This document shows positions 25,813-39,244 of a DNA stretch of 64,000 bases, piece by piece (the stretch's first letter is position 1; the number at the start of each line of letters is the position of its first letter). The notes beneath the pieces were generated by a model. That model saw only the letters and a list, made by a program, of their open reading frames with translations, was not told the origin of the DNA and did not search any database. Source of the DNA: Salpingoeca rosetta (Eukaryota > Protista > Choanoflagellata); contig JAWQFM010000008.1 in NCBI GenBank assembly GCA_033442325.1, forward strand, positions 1,895,309-1,959,308. Reading direction: 5' to 3'. The translations under genes were made by a program, and so were the position numbers.

Positions 25813-26509
25813 TTAGTCGAAGAGGGAGAAGCCATCCATGTCGTCGTCGGACTCCTCCTCTTCCTCGGGCTCGGGCGCGGCCTCCTCTGCAGCAGGGGCA
25901 CCAGCATCGCCAGAGGCGCCGGCAACGGCAGCGCCGCCAACAGGGGCGCCACCAAGCTGGCACACAAAGACGCTGGACTTTGGGGTCACCATGGTGTGGG
26001 AGATCTGCACGGCACCAGAGTAGCTGGCGTGCTCGAGAACGGTCTGTGAAGCGAGGCGAGGCGCAGCGAGGGAGCGGCAGGCAAAGGGGCAGCACGAGGC
26101 GAAAACGACACGAGGGACAAGGTGAGCGCGAGCAACGAGTCACGAGGGCAAGAGGGAGGAACAGGAGGTGTGTGGACGCAAGCCGTGCAGCACAGCGTGA
26201 GAGCAGGCGAGTGCAACAAACAAGGAGCTGTGGAGCTATCGGTTCATGCGCCCCCCCCCCGCCAACTCTTTAATCACACACAACACACCCACACACGGGC
26301 GTAAAAAAAAAAAAACACACAAAACACAGACACACACACACACACACACAAATGCACAGACACACACAACAGCCCCGGCGCACCTGCTTGAGCGCCTTCT
26401 CGACGGCGAAGAAGTCCTCGCCCTCGGCGGTGAGGTCGGCGGCGGTCTCGCCACGGCCCTTGGCAGTCCACTTGCCGCCCTCGTTCTTGCAGATGAAAAC
26501 GTACACCAT
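25813..26509 (-). CDS. RPP3: 60S acidic ribosomal stalk protein, P3-type (118 aa)
   Basis: Two exons, 26509-26384 and 26043-25813. N-terminus MVYVFICKNEGGKWTAK...GAVQISHTMVTPKSSVFVCQLGG, then an Ala/Gly hinge and the stalk tail EEEESDDDMDGFSLFD. Confidence 0.85.
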
Positions 26510-27159
26510 TGTTGTTGTTATGGGTTGTCTAACTTGGCTCACAAACTAGATATTGTGGGTGTGAGTGTGTGAGTGCGTGAGTGTGAGCATAATATATGCG
26601 TGGGCATGCATACACGGTGGTGTGGTGTGCATTACGACCATGAACAGCATCCGTCGCGTCCACACAGACACACACACAGACACACACACACAGGCACACA
26701 CACACACACACTCACGACAACGCCACAGCTGCCCACCTGGTTGGTTGGTCTTCGTCTTGTTGGCACACGAGCGAGAGGACGAGAGAAAAAGGCACGGCGA
26801 ATCCTGTTGATGCCATGCACGGTTTTTCGCGCCTCGTGGTGTATGTTTCGCACAAGGCGGAGAGGAGAAGTGCATGCGGTGGATAGCATCATCCTCTGCC
26901 CGCACAAAGCAAACGCACAAGAGACAGCCAGTGCCGCTTTCGAGTCGACTGGTGAGACAGGAGGAGATTGGAAAAAGAGGGGAACGACACAAGTGCACCA
27001 CCATCACCACCCACCCAGTCACATACACGCGCAGGCACAGGGCCTTGAGAGTCGCCAACACGCGCCCTAAGGTTGTTCTCCTCATCCCCTTGATTGCTCT
27101 CTGTCTCTCTTTGTGTGTTTTTGGAAAGCACAGGCCCGTGACAGAAACACACCGCCGCC

Positions 27160-29049
27160 ATGTCTCTGAACTGCGCAAGTACGTGCGAACGTTACGCAGT
27201 GGACCAGTGATCTTTGGGCGGGGTCGTGTGCTCGCTGCATTGGCGACAGTAGTGCTGGTGCTAGTTCTGGCGCCAGCGTTGCTGTTGTTGCTGTTGTTGC
27301 TGCTGTTGCTGTTGTTGCTGCTGTTGTTGCTGCTGTCATGCGCGGATTCCTTGCTGACCTGCCCTCCTGTCCAACTTTTGCTCGCACGCTAACGTGCTTC
27401 ATGGGATGGCAGTTTCTGGTGCCGTGCCAGAGCACCCCGTGGTGTCCCCAAAGTCTGGCGCCGTGTTTGAGCGGCGTGTGATTGAGAAGCATCTCCGCGA
27501 CAACCAGACAGACCCCGTCTCTGGCGATCCCCTTGAGGTCGACGAGCTGATCGATGTCAAAGGTACGGGAGTCAATGCATATGTGCGTGAGTGTACATCT
27601 GCACGTCTGTGTTTCCGTGTGTCTGTGTGTCTGTATCTGCCTGTGTTTCGATGCCTGTATCTGCCTGTGTGTATGCGTGCACGTGCGGGTCCATGCGTGT
27701 CTTGTCGGTCTGCTTGCCCCGAAAAGGCTGCATGCCCACAGTCAAAGCGTGCACCCATTGATCTGCAACACCAATTGCCCTCGCCTATGCTGTGACCCCG
27801 CCAGGAGGCGATGTCGTCCAGCCTCGTGCACCAAACGCAACCAGTATCCCATCTCTGCTCAAGACGTTCCAGGATGAATGGGTCAGCTCCAGCGCAATTG
27901 TTGCTGTTTAGTTTGTGTTCTTGCAGGGTGTATGTTTGTCTGCGTGTGTGCTTCTTGTGTGTGTGTGTGTGTCTGTGTGTGTGCGTGTGCGTGTGTGTGT
28001 CTGTGTGTGTGCGTGTGTGTATGTGTGCGAGTACGCGGGTGCGAGACGCCTTGGGTCTCTGTGTTTGTGCAAATGGACGTGCTCATGCCTGTGTGCGCTT
28101 TGTTCTGTGGCGGCCTTTCACGCCTTGCACACGCGCTCAAGCTCACCCCACCACCATTTCCGTGAACTCCGCGACTTCTTCACGCGCACCGACCTTAGGA
28201 CGCCGTCATGCTGGAGTCCTTTGAGCTGAAGAAGCACGTCATGGAACTTCGCCAAGGTCCACATCCCTTGCATGCCCATGCACGTGGGAGGAGGTGGACG
28301 GGTGTCGTTTACTTTGACATGTGTTTGTGTCAAGTGGTCGCTATGTGCTCATGCTCGTTCTTATCCAATCGACGCACGCACGTTTTGGTTCCCATGTAGA
28401 GCTGACACACAGTCTGTACCAGCACGACGCATCTTGCCGTTTGATTGCTCGTCTCACCCGCGAACGCGACCAGGCCCGCCAGGTCTGTGTTGCGCTGTGC
28501 ATGTGCGTGTGCGTGTGCATGTGCTGCGCTGTGTGCATGTATGTGTGTGCTGCATGTTACGTGTGCTTGTCGCCGCTCACCCGCCGGCATATGCTCCCCA
28601 AGTCAGCGTTTGAGTTGTTTGTGGCGTGTCTTCTTGCAGCACAACCACATCTAAAACACACACCCACACGCACTCACGCACACTCATTCTCACACGCTCA
28701 CATATGCTCCTCTCTGTGCTTGTGTGCATGTGTGTGCGATACACAGGCGCTGGTTGCGCTTGAGCAGCAGGCGCCGCAGATGGCGCAGCAGGCGGCCGCC
28801 CCTGCCGAGGCCCCCGCTGCAGCCGAGGAGCAAGAAGGTGTGCGCGCCACACGTTGTTGTTCTTGTTGTTGCTGTTGTTCTTGTTTACGCTGCTGGTTGG
28901 TTATGTTGTCAATTCCAATTCTCATTTTTGTTTGTGTGTGCGTGCGTGTGCGTATGCCAGGACCCCTGCCCGCGGAGGTTGTGGCCAGCATCAAGGCAAC
29001 CCACAAAAAGCTCAGCAAGGTTTACCACGTGCCACCTCTACCCACCTCA

Positions 29050-29100
<51 letters not shown>

Positions 29101-29386
29101 ACACACACACAATTTTCCTACCCTTTCACCGCTAAACGTACCTTTGTCCTTCTGGCTGACAGCAACGCAAGAAGCGGTTCAAGGCTGCCGACTTTCCTGC
29201 AGAGGAGAATGTGAACAAGTACACGTGCCAGAAGACGCACAGCGGCATGCACAGCTCCCGCAGCAAGGCCATCAACGACCTTGCCGTGCACCCGACACAG
29301 CCCAACATTGTGCTCACCGCCGGCCAGGATAAGACGGCACTCGTGTACGACCTCAACTCCGAGGAAATCCTGACCACATACAAGGT

Positions 29387-29455
<69 letters not shown>

Positions 29456-29819
29456 AGCGGAGTCAGGGTTGTGCACATGCCTGTTCGTGAGTAACGCTTT
29501 TTGTGTGAAGATGCGCGTTGGCTTGTGTCTGTACAGTTGTGTTTTGCTCACACTATTCCCGACTCGCCGTGCATGTGTTGCAATTGATTATTGCGCAACC
29601 ACACAGGGTCACAGCAAGAAGGTGACAGCGTGCCTGCTGCACCCAACGCAGGATGTTGCCATCACTGCCAGTGCAGACAACACCGTGCACATTTGGACAA
29701 CCGCCGGTGACACCCGCCACATTATCAAGGTGTGCAGGCTTTTCGCGCGTGCGTGGGTGCTTCTTTGCTTGCTGGCTTACCAACGCGTTCATGCACCTCA
29801 ACAGCACCCTCAAGCCGAT

Positions 29820-29882
<63 letters not shown>

Positions 29883-31085
29883 GCGCGCGTGTGTGGATAT
29901 ATGTGACACTCACACATGGTCCCGCTCTCTATCCATCTGTTCCCAACACAAACTGCGCGCGTGTGCGTGTGTATGTGTGTGTGTGTGTGTTGTGTACATG
30001 TGCACATAAATGCCGTGTGCGGTGTTTCAGGCGCACAAGGCGACTGTGGAGGCTCTGAGCCTGCACCCGACCATGGACTACGTGCTGGCTGCGGATGCCA
30101 AGGGCGTTTGGTCGTTTACAGATGTACTGACGGGCGAGACGCTGTCGACACACAAGGACGAGGAGGCTGCGTCGGGCATCACCTGCGCCCAGTGGCACCC
30201 CGATGGCACCCTGTTTGCCGTTGGCACAAAGAAGAAGTTCGTCTCCTTGCCATTGTTTGTGTGTGTATGTGGGGGGGGGGTAGGTGTGCACGCGTGTGTG
30301 TGTACGGTGTGTGTGCGTGTTTGTTTGTTTGCGGATCAGCTGCTGTACGGTGCTCCTGCTGCTTGCCATCGTCCCCTCACTCTCGTTCCTCTGCTTCCTC
30401 ATGCTTTTCCTCTCCCCCCCCCCCTTCTCTCACACTCTCTTCTGTTACGCCCCTGCAGCACGGTGCGTGTTTGGAACATCAACCAGCACCAGATGCTTCA
30501 GTCGTTTGAGGGCCACGCTGCGCCCATCACGGCTATTGCCTTTTCGGAGTCTGGCCTGCACCTTGCCTCTGCCTCGAGCGACGGCGTTGTGAAGCTGTGG
30601 AACCTGCGCACTCTCGAGTGCCTCAACACCCTCGAGCTCGACGCCGGCACCAAGGTAATGCAAACGCAACCTGGGCAGTACAATGGGCACGAAGTGATGG
30701 GTGCTTTGTGCTGTGTGAGGAATGGATGGCGGTGGGAGTGGCACGTTGCTGTTGCACGTTGCTGTCGGTGTGTTTTGTTCTTTTTCTTCATGGCGTGTGC
30801 TCGTTTTCACCTGCTCCGCTCATCATGACGTTGCGCATGTGCGTGTGTGTGTGTGCGTGTTTGTATGATGACTTGCAGGTGAATGCGCTGTGCTTTGATG
30901 ACACGGGCCGCTTCCTTGCGATTGGCGGCAGCGATTTGAGGATAGTGAATGTGTCCAAGTGGGAGACGGTGGCCACCCATCAGGACCACTCGTCCAACAT
31001 CAACGCGCTTGCTTGGACTGCTGGTGACCCCGGCACCCTCCTCTCAGCCGGTGCAGACAACGCCATCTGCGTCTACACCGTCTAG
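27160..31085 (+). CDS. PRPF19: Pre-mRNA-processing factor 19 (U-box, coiled coil, WD40)
   Basis: [32 protein letters not shown]...TDPVSG (U-box), TSIPSLLKTFQDEWDAVMLESF, ELTHSLYQHDASCRLIARL, then WD40 repeats. Confidence 0.96.
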
Positions 31086-31136
31086 TAGCGCGTGCACCCC
31101 TCCCCTTGGCCCTCTGTCTTGTTCCTCTCCGCTGTT

Positions 31137-31186
<50 letters not shown>

Positions 31187-31485
31187 TGTTGCATGCTTGC
31201 CTGTTCCATTGTGCGCTGATGGGTTTGCTTTGCCAGCGTTCTCTCAGTTTTGGTGTGCGCTGCTGTTGTGTCTTGGTGCTGAGTACAGAATGAAGGTGAC
31301 AGACAGGGTGTTTTTGTGGGGCAAGTGAACAGTGCATGTGCCTGCTTTCATTCAGAATTGTCGTTATCATGCGTGGGACACACATCACGACACAGTCAGC
31401 CAACTGAACCGGGAAACAACAGCAGTAGAGAAACACACAGAGGGAGAAACAGGGGGAGAGAAGTCCATGCAATGTGATGCTGCCC

Positions 31486-32936
<1,451 letters not shown>

Positions 32937-33059
32937 CGGTTTTGTTTTGTCCTGAAAATGAATGTGCAGCTACCAATTGTGCTGTTGCGTTTACATTTCC
33001 CCCCCCGTGAGAGCCAACGACTGACAGCAGTGACCGACAGCCGACGACCGAGCGAGACG

Positions 33060-33262
33060 ATGGATGCGTACCTGAAGAAGAAGATTGCCGTGGTGACACA
33101 AGATGGCCACTTTATTGTGGTTAGTTAGACAGTTCATTGGCTCATGTGAATGTGTGTGCGAATGTGTGTGCATGTGCGTGCGTGCGTGCGTGTGTGTGTA
33201 TGTGTATGTGTGTGTGTGAATGTGTGTGCATGTGTGTGTGTGCATGTGTGTGTGTGTGTGTG

Positions 33263-33326
<64 letters not shown>

Positions 33327-33689
33327 CATGGGCTTGTCTTTGTTTTTGTCTTTTTCTCTGGTCCCCTCCCCCTCGCCTCATCCATGTCTCCTGTTTCACT
33401 GCTTGTTTCCATTCCTTGTGTGTTCTTGGATACCAGGGCACGCTGCGCGGCTTTGACCAGGCAACCAACCTCATTCTCACAGACTCTTCCGAGCGAGTAG
33501 TATCGCTGCACGAAGGGGTGGAAGTCGTGCCACTTGGCCTGTACATCATCAGAGGAGACAATGTGTACGTTGTGGGCAGAGAGAGATGGTGTGTGTGTGT
33601 GTGCGATGTGGTTGTGTTCAAGTGTGAGTACCAGAGAGTGTGAGTGCATGCGATTGGATAAATGTAACTGCACTCTTGTGCGTGCGTGC

Positions 33690-33777
<88 letters not shown>

Positions 33778-33977
33778 GCGTGTGTGTGTGTGTGTGGATG
33801 TTGCTGTTGTGATCGTTGCCGTCCTGTACTGACTGCTTACTCTTGTTGAAATTTCGAGCCTACAACGTTGTTTGTCCCTCGTGGTCGTGCATGGCTCTGT
33901 GACTGTAGTCTGCATTGAATGGCACTGTGCATTGCGCGCTTTCGCCTTGTGGGTGCTTAACCGCCTTCTGTAACACT

Positions 33978-34012
<35 letters not shown>

Positions 34013-34023
34013 TCACTCACTCA

Positions 34024-34064
<41 letters not shown>

Positions 34065-34190
34065 TCACTCACTCACTCACTCTCTCACCGATTTGCAGGG
34101 CAATTGGTTGGTGAACTGGATGTGGAGCATGAGGACAGCATCGATCTCGAATCTGTGCAAGCGGAAGCTGTACCTCCGGTCGTCTATTGA
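33060..34190 (+). CDS. LSM8: U6 snRNA-associated Sm-like protein LSm8 (apparent 1-nt insertion in exon 3)
   Basis: IAVVTQDGHFIV|GTLRGFDQATNLILTDSSERV...VVPLGLYIIRGDNV|...GELDVEHEDSIDLESVQAE. Exons 33060-33119, 33437-33564, 34099-34190. Confidence 0.92.
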
Positions 34191-34214
34191 TGTGTAACCA
34201 ACACACGCGCTCTC

Positions 34215-34326
<112 letters not shown>

Positions 34327-34793
34327 TTCGGTGTGCGTACTTGCGCACTGAGTGTGCGCGTGTGTAGTTGTTGCATGCTCAGTGTCCGCGCGTGCGTACT
34401 TTCAGGATGTGCGTCCACATCTATACTCAGCAATCTTCAGTGCTGCCTATAGCTGCGTTTCTGTCTATGTTCACGAGTATCTCTTCACCCGACGTGTGTT
34501 GCCACTGTCTTGCCCCTGCGTTCTTGGTTCCATTCGTTCTACTGTCATAAAAGCTCAAGAGCAACGCCGTTGTGCACAAACCTTGTCTTCTGGCACATTC
34601 CTTGGTGCTGTTTCACGAGTGGTGTCACGAAATCTCAGCAAACCCCAACACTTCACACCCAGCCACGCAAAACACACACACACACACACACACNNNNNNN
34701 NNNNNNNNNNNNNNNNNNNNNNNNNNNNNNNNNNNNNNNNNNNNNNNNNNNNNNNNNNNNNNNNNNNNNNNNNNNNNNNNNNNNNNNNNNNNN

Positions 34794-35338
34794 TTCTTGG
34801 ATACCAGGGCACGCTGCGCGGCTTTGACCAGGCAACCAACCTCATTCTCACAGACTCTTCCGAGCGAGTAGTATCGCTGCACGAAGGGGTGGAAGTCGTG
34901 CCACTTGGCCTGTACATCATCAGAGGAGACAATGTGTACGTTGTGGGCAGAGAGAGATGGTGTGTGTGTGTGTGCGATGTGGTTGTGTTCAAGTGTGAGT
35001 ACCAGAGAGTGTGAGTGCATGCGATTGGATAAATGTAACTGCACTCTTGTGCGTGCGTGCGTGCGTGTGAGTGCATGCGATTGGATAAATGTAACTGCAC
35101 TCTTGTGCGTGCGTGCGTGCGTGCGTGTGTGTGCGTGTGCGTGTGTGTGTGTGTGTGGATGTTGCTGTTGTGATCGTTGCCGTCCTGTACTGACTGCTTA
35201 CTCTTGTTGAAATTTCGAGCCTACAACGTTGTTTGTCCCTCGTGGTCGTGCATGGCTCTGTGACTGTAGTCTGCATTGAATGGCACTGTGCATTGCGCGC
35301 TTTCGCCTTGTGGGTGCTTAACCGCCTTCTGTAACACT

Positions 35339-35373
<35 letters not shown>

Positions 35374-35384
35374 TCACTCACTCA

Positions 35385-35425
<41 letters not shown>

Positions 35426-35525
35426 TCACTCACTCACTCACTCATCGATCTCGAATCTGTGCAAGCGGAAGCTGTACCTCCCGTCGTCTATGATGTGGTA
35501 CCAACACACGCCCTCCCCTGGTTGT
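34794..35525 (+). repeat. Second partial copy of the LSM8 locus between two N gaps (probable assembly or haplotype artefact)
   Basis: Near-identical to about 33423-34220. It has an extra internal 56-nt duplication and lacks the exon 3 acceptor and start. Confidence 0.8.
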
Positions 35526-35625
35526 NNNNNNNNNNNNNNNNNNNNNNNNNNNNNNNNNNNNNNNNNNNNNNNNNNNNNNNNNNNNNNNNNNNNNNNNNNN
35601 NNNNNNNNNNNNNNNNNNNNNNNNN

Positions 35626-35716
<91 letters not shown>

Positions 35717-35774
35717 CCACTATACAGGACCTTACAGACGCGCAAGCGTGGTCTTTTAGCGAGCTTGAGTCGTC

Positions 35775-37244
35775 ATGGCTGCGGTAAGTGACAGAGTGAA
35801 GGGGTGGCTTCAGCCCGTCACACAACAACACTGCTTCAATGGCTCCATGGACGGGAGAACAGAGGCGTTGGCTAAGGATGAGTTTGTCTGTTTGCTGTGG
35901 TTGCGCGCGCAATTCACACAACACACCAGCTACACACACACACGCGCGCGCGCGCGCGCGCCTCCGTTCACGCACGTCAACTCACGCACACGCATCACGC
36001 ACACGTCTTCGTCTTCCACAAAGGGAGGTTTGAGGCTTGCGCTGGTGCTGCTCGGCAGCATCTTCCTGATTCTGGGAATGTTCTCGCTCATGCACTCAAG
36101 CACCACTGCGCAACGTGACCTCAGAGCCATCGAGAGCATCACGCAAGAACAGACACATACACTAGCAGCTCCCACACGCGCGCCAACGGTTGTCACCAAG
36201 GCGCGGCCATCCCACGCCGCGAGCCCAAGACGCAAAACCAGCACCAGCAGCAGCGCAGGCAGTTATGCTAAGCTGGCGGCGGAGGGCGAGCTTCCCATGG
36301 ACCTGAGCCTAACGGGTGACGCAGCCGACTACAGGCAAGGAGAAAGAAACGCAGATGCAGAAACAGCCACGGCCACCAACGGGGCTGACGACCGAGGTAC
36401 GCGCGCCGAAACATCTGCTGCTACGAGCGAAATGGAGCCCACCGCCGAGGCCCAAGACTTGGATGACCCATTGGAGAAGTACAACATCGCCCGCAACAAG
36501 GACTACCCGCCGCCCAAACTGAAGGGCGTGGAGGAGCTCATCGACATGGGCTACGAGATCCCCAGGCTGAGCTTCGACTACGACGACTCTGCAGAAGCAC
36601 GCGCGGCGCGGGCAAAGGAGAAGGTGTCCGAGCTGGTGAAGGAAGGGATGCCGGATAGCGTGGCACGCCTGCGGGCGCAGCTCTTTGAGCGAGAGCTTGC
36701 GGACCGCAAGGCGCGCGCAGAGCACACGCGGAACCGGGCCGTCGTGCGGCTGCGGCAGGAGGCCAAGCTGCAGAAGGATGCAGAGGAGCGGGAGGCGCGG
36801 TTGGCGCTCATGCAGGAGAAGCAGAAGCTTGTGGCGGAGATGCTTGAGCGAGGACGGCAGCAGCGGGACGAGGAGGAGCGGCGGCGGGACGAGCGGCGGC
36901 GGGAACTCGAAGAGCGCACACAGAAGCAGAAGGAGGAGGCGGAACGCGTGCGGCTGATGAAGGAGGAGATGCGGCTGGCAGAGCTGCGACGGCAGCAGAA
37001 GGCAAACGAGCAGCGCAGGATGGAGGAGAAGGAGGAAAAGGAGAAGGAGCGAAAGATGCGGGAGCAGAAGCTTGAGGAGGAGCGGGAGGAGAAGCGACGA
37101 CTGGTGGAGGAGTTTCAGGCACTGAGGCAGCAGCAGATGGAGGAGAACAAGAGGCGCGCGCGAGAGGAGCGCCTGAGGGAGATGGAGGACTCGGCAAAGA
37201 TGCGGGAGCAGCACAAGCAGCGGGTCGGGTTGGTACCCCGGTAA
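35775..37244 (+). CDS. Predicted type II membrane (or secreted) protein with long E/R/K-rich helical C-terminus
   Basis: ATG GCT GCG|gtaagt micro-exon, an in-frame 240-nt intron at 35784-36023, hydrophobic segment LALVLLGSIFLILGMFSLM, a Thr/Ala-rich stalk, then about 200 aa of alternating EEE/RRR/KQK blocks. Confidence 0.78.
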   Translation: MAAVSDRVKGWLQPVTQQHCFNGSMDGRTEALAKDEFVCLLWLRAQFTQHTSYTHTRARARAPPFTHVNSRTRITHTSSSSTKGGLRLALVLLGSIFLILGMFSLMHSSTTAQRDLRAIESITQEQTHTLAAPTRAPTVVTKARPSHAASPRRKTSTSSSAGSYAKLAAEGELPMDLSLTGDAADYRQGERNADAETATATNGADDRGTRAETSAATSEMEPTAEAQDLDDPLEKYNIARNKDYPPPKLKGVEELIDMGYEIPRLSFDYDDSAEARAARAKEKVSELVKEGMPDSVARLRAQLFERELADRKARAEHTRNRAVVRLRQEAKLQKDAEEREARLALMQEKQKLVAEMLERGRQQRDEEERRRDERRRELEERTQKQKEEAERVRLMKEEMRLAELRRQQKANEQRRMEEKEEKEKERKMREQKLEEEREEKRRLVEEFQALRQQQMEENKRRAREERLREMEDSAKMREQHKQRVGLVPR

Positions 37245-37544
37245 CTAGAAATAGTCAAGCAAGGAAGCAAGCAAGCAGGCTGTGTGTGTATGCGTGTGTG
37301 TATGTGTATGTGTGTGTGTATGTGTGTGTGCGTGTGTGCGTGTGTATGTGTGTGTGTGTGTGCGCGTGTGTGCTCTATCACCACCATTCCATCGTGGCGG
37401 TTCGGGTCATGTCATGGAAGGGGGATGTATTGATTCGTTCACTCAAGCTCAAATAACCAAAGCCCAACTGCAGACCACCATGTATGGAAGGAAACAACAA
37501 GGATAAACCTGTTTTGAGTGCTTCCTGAGCACACACACACACAC

Positions 37545-37582
<38 letters not shown>

Positions 37583-37642
37583 AGAACACCCAGCACCGAC
37601 ACGGCACGACATACACACAACACAACTGTTCGGTTGAGGGGG

Positions 37643-38776
37643 TCAAAGATAGTACTGGGGTTTGACTACTGTCATGTTGTGGTCTGTTAACGCGTGGCTC
37701 AGGTCCTCCATTGTCAGCGTGTTCTCTCGATCCTGAATAACGAAGAGCCGATGCACAGCCATGACAATGAAATGACAAGCACAGGGTGAGCAAACCGAAC
37801 CAAGCACGGCTATACGAGGTCACTCTGGCGCCATACATGATGGTGCTGTGAGTGTCAAACGACACGCTCACAATGCAGTGGTTGTGGATGTGGAACACAC
37901 GCCAGCAATGCAAAGAACAAGCAAATTCACACACACACCCCCACACACGCACACACACCCCACACACACGCACACACACACACACACAGAGCACACACAC
38001 ACACACACACACAAACACACACAGAGCACACGCAACGCAGCACACACACGCAACACAGCACACACACACACCACACACCTTTACAACTGTCTTCTTCTTG
38101 GCATCGTTGAGGCGGTGCTGGTTGTACCGATACGCGTCACGGGCCACATCCGAGACGAACTTCTGGGCTGCCAGCGACACTAGTCTGATCCTGTCATCAC
38201 GTCAACCATCAAAAAAAAAAAAAGCGAGACCAGCAACCATTAGGTTGAATTTGGAAGCAAGTGAGGAGAGGGGGTGAGCAGAAAGAGCAGAGGGTGGGGT
38301 GACTACGGGGGTGCTGCGATGCACGGTAGCAAACAACCTCGCAGAATAAGAGCATCTCCGAGGATGTGTGCGTGTGTTGCCACTCGGGAAGAAAATCAGA
38401 GAGGGGCAGCAAGCGTCGGGGGCGGAAGATCAACAGAACCACAGACGCTTTCACCCAAGCAAACTTGTGCACACCACGACACAAGGTCTCTCTCACAGAC
38501 ACAGACACAGACACACACAGACACACACAGCAACACAACACACACAGGCACCCATGCATACTTATGCACACCCACCCTCACAACGACACAAGGTCTCTCT
38601 CGCAGGCACAGACAGACACAAAACATGGACACCTACACATTCTCGTCGTCGGTTTCCACTCCGGCTGTCGCCAGGCACTGCTTCACAACTTCGTCTGGAA
38701 TCAGCGGAACAAAGTGCTTGATGCTCGACAGCAACGAGGCAAGCTCTGGCTCTGTCACAAACGTGTCGTCGCTCAT
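37643..38776 (-). CDS. TAF10: TFIID/SAGA subunit TAF10 (113 aa)
   Basis: Exons 38776-38637, 38190-38079, 37732-37643: PLIPDEVVKQCLATAGVETDDENVIRLVSLAAQKFVSDVARDA...TLTMEDLSHALTDHNMTVVKPQYYL. Confidence 0.95.
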
Positions 38777-39244
38777 CGTCGTCACTTCTTTTGCTTGATC
38801 TCTGGTCAAAATTCACCTTGTCCAACGTCAGATTTGCCTTGGCGTGGAATCCGCGAAAGTTGCCCACAGCTTTCTGTGGGGGTGGCGCTCGCCTGAACTT
38901 TTGCATCAATGTATGTCAGACAGTGTCCCCCTTAAACCTTCAGTTCACATTGATAACGCCTCGTTTGTCTGGTCTGTTGATCAACGGGCCAACCATTACA
39001 TACACACACACACAGACAGACAGACAGAGCAGACACACACACACACACTCACACACACACACACTCACACACACACACACAGCATTGACGTGCTGGAAGG
39101 AAGCGCACCGGCTGTTGGCTGCAAGTGAGTGAGCACAGGAACAGCATCTCACGCACCACACCGCCTCGATTGGCGCCCCGAGTACGCGCCTCTCGTTCGG
39201 AGTACCACAGCAACAGCTCGCGACCAGCCGGCAGACATTCGGCC

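Noticed and set aside
36309-37214. 301-aa Leu-rich antisense ORF
   Set aside because: It is a shadow of the GAG/CAG-rich sense coding strand.
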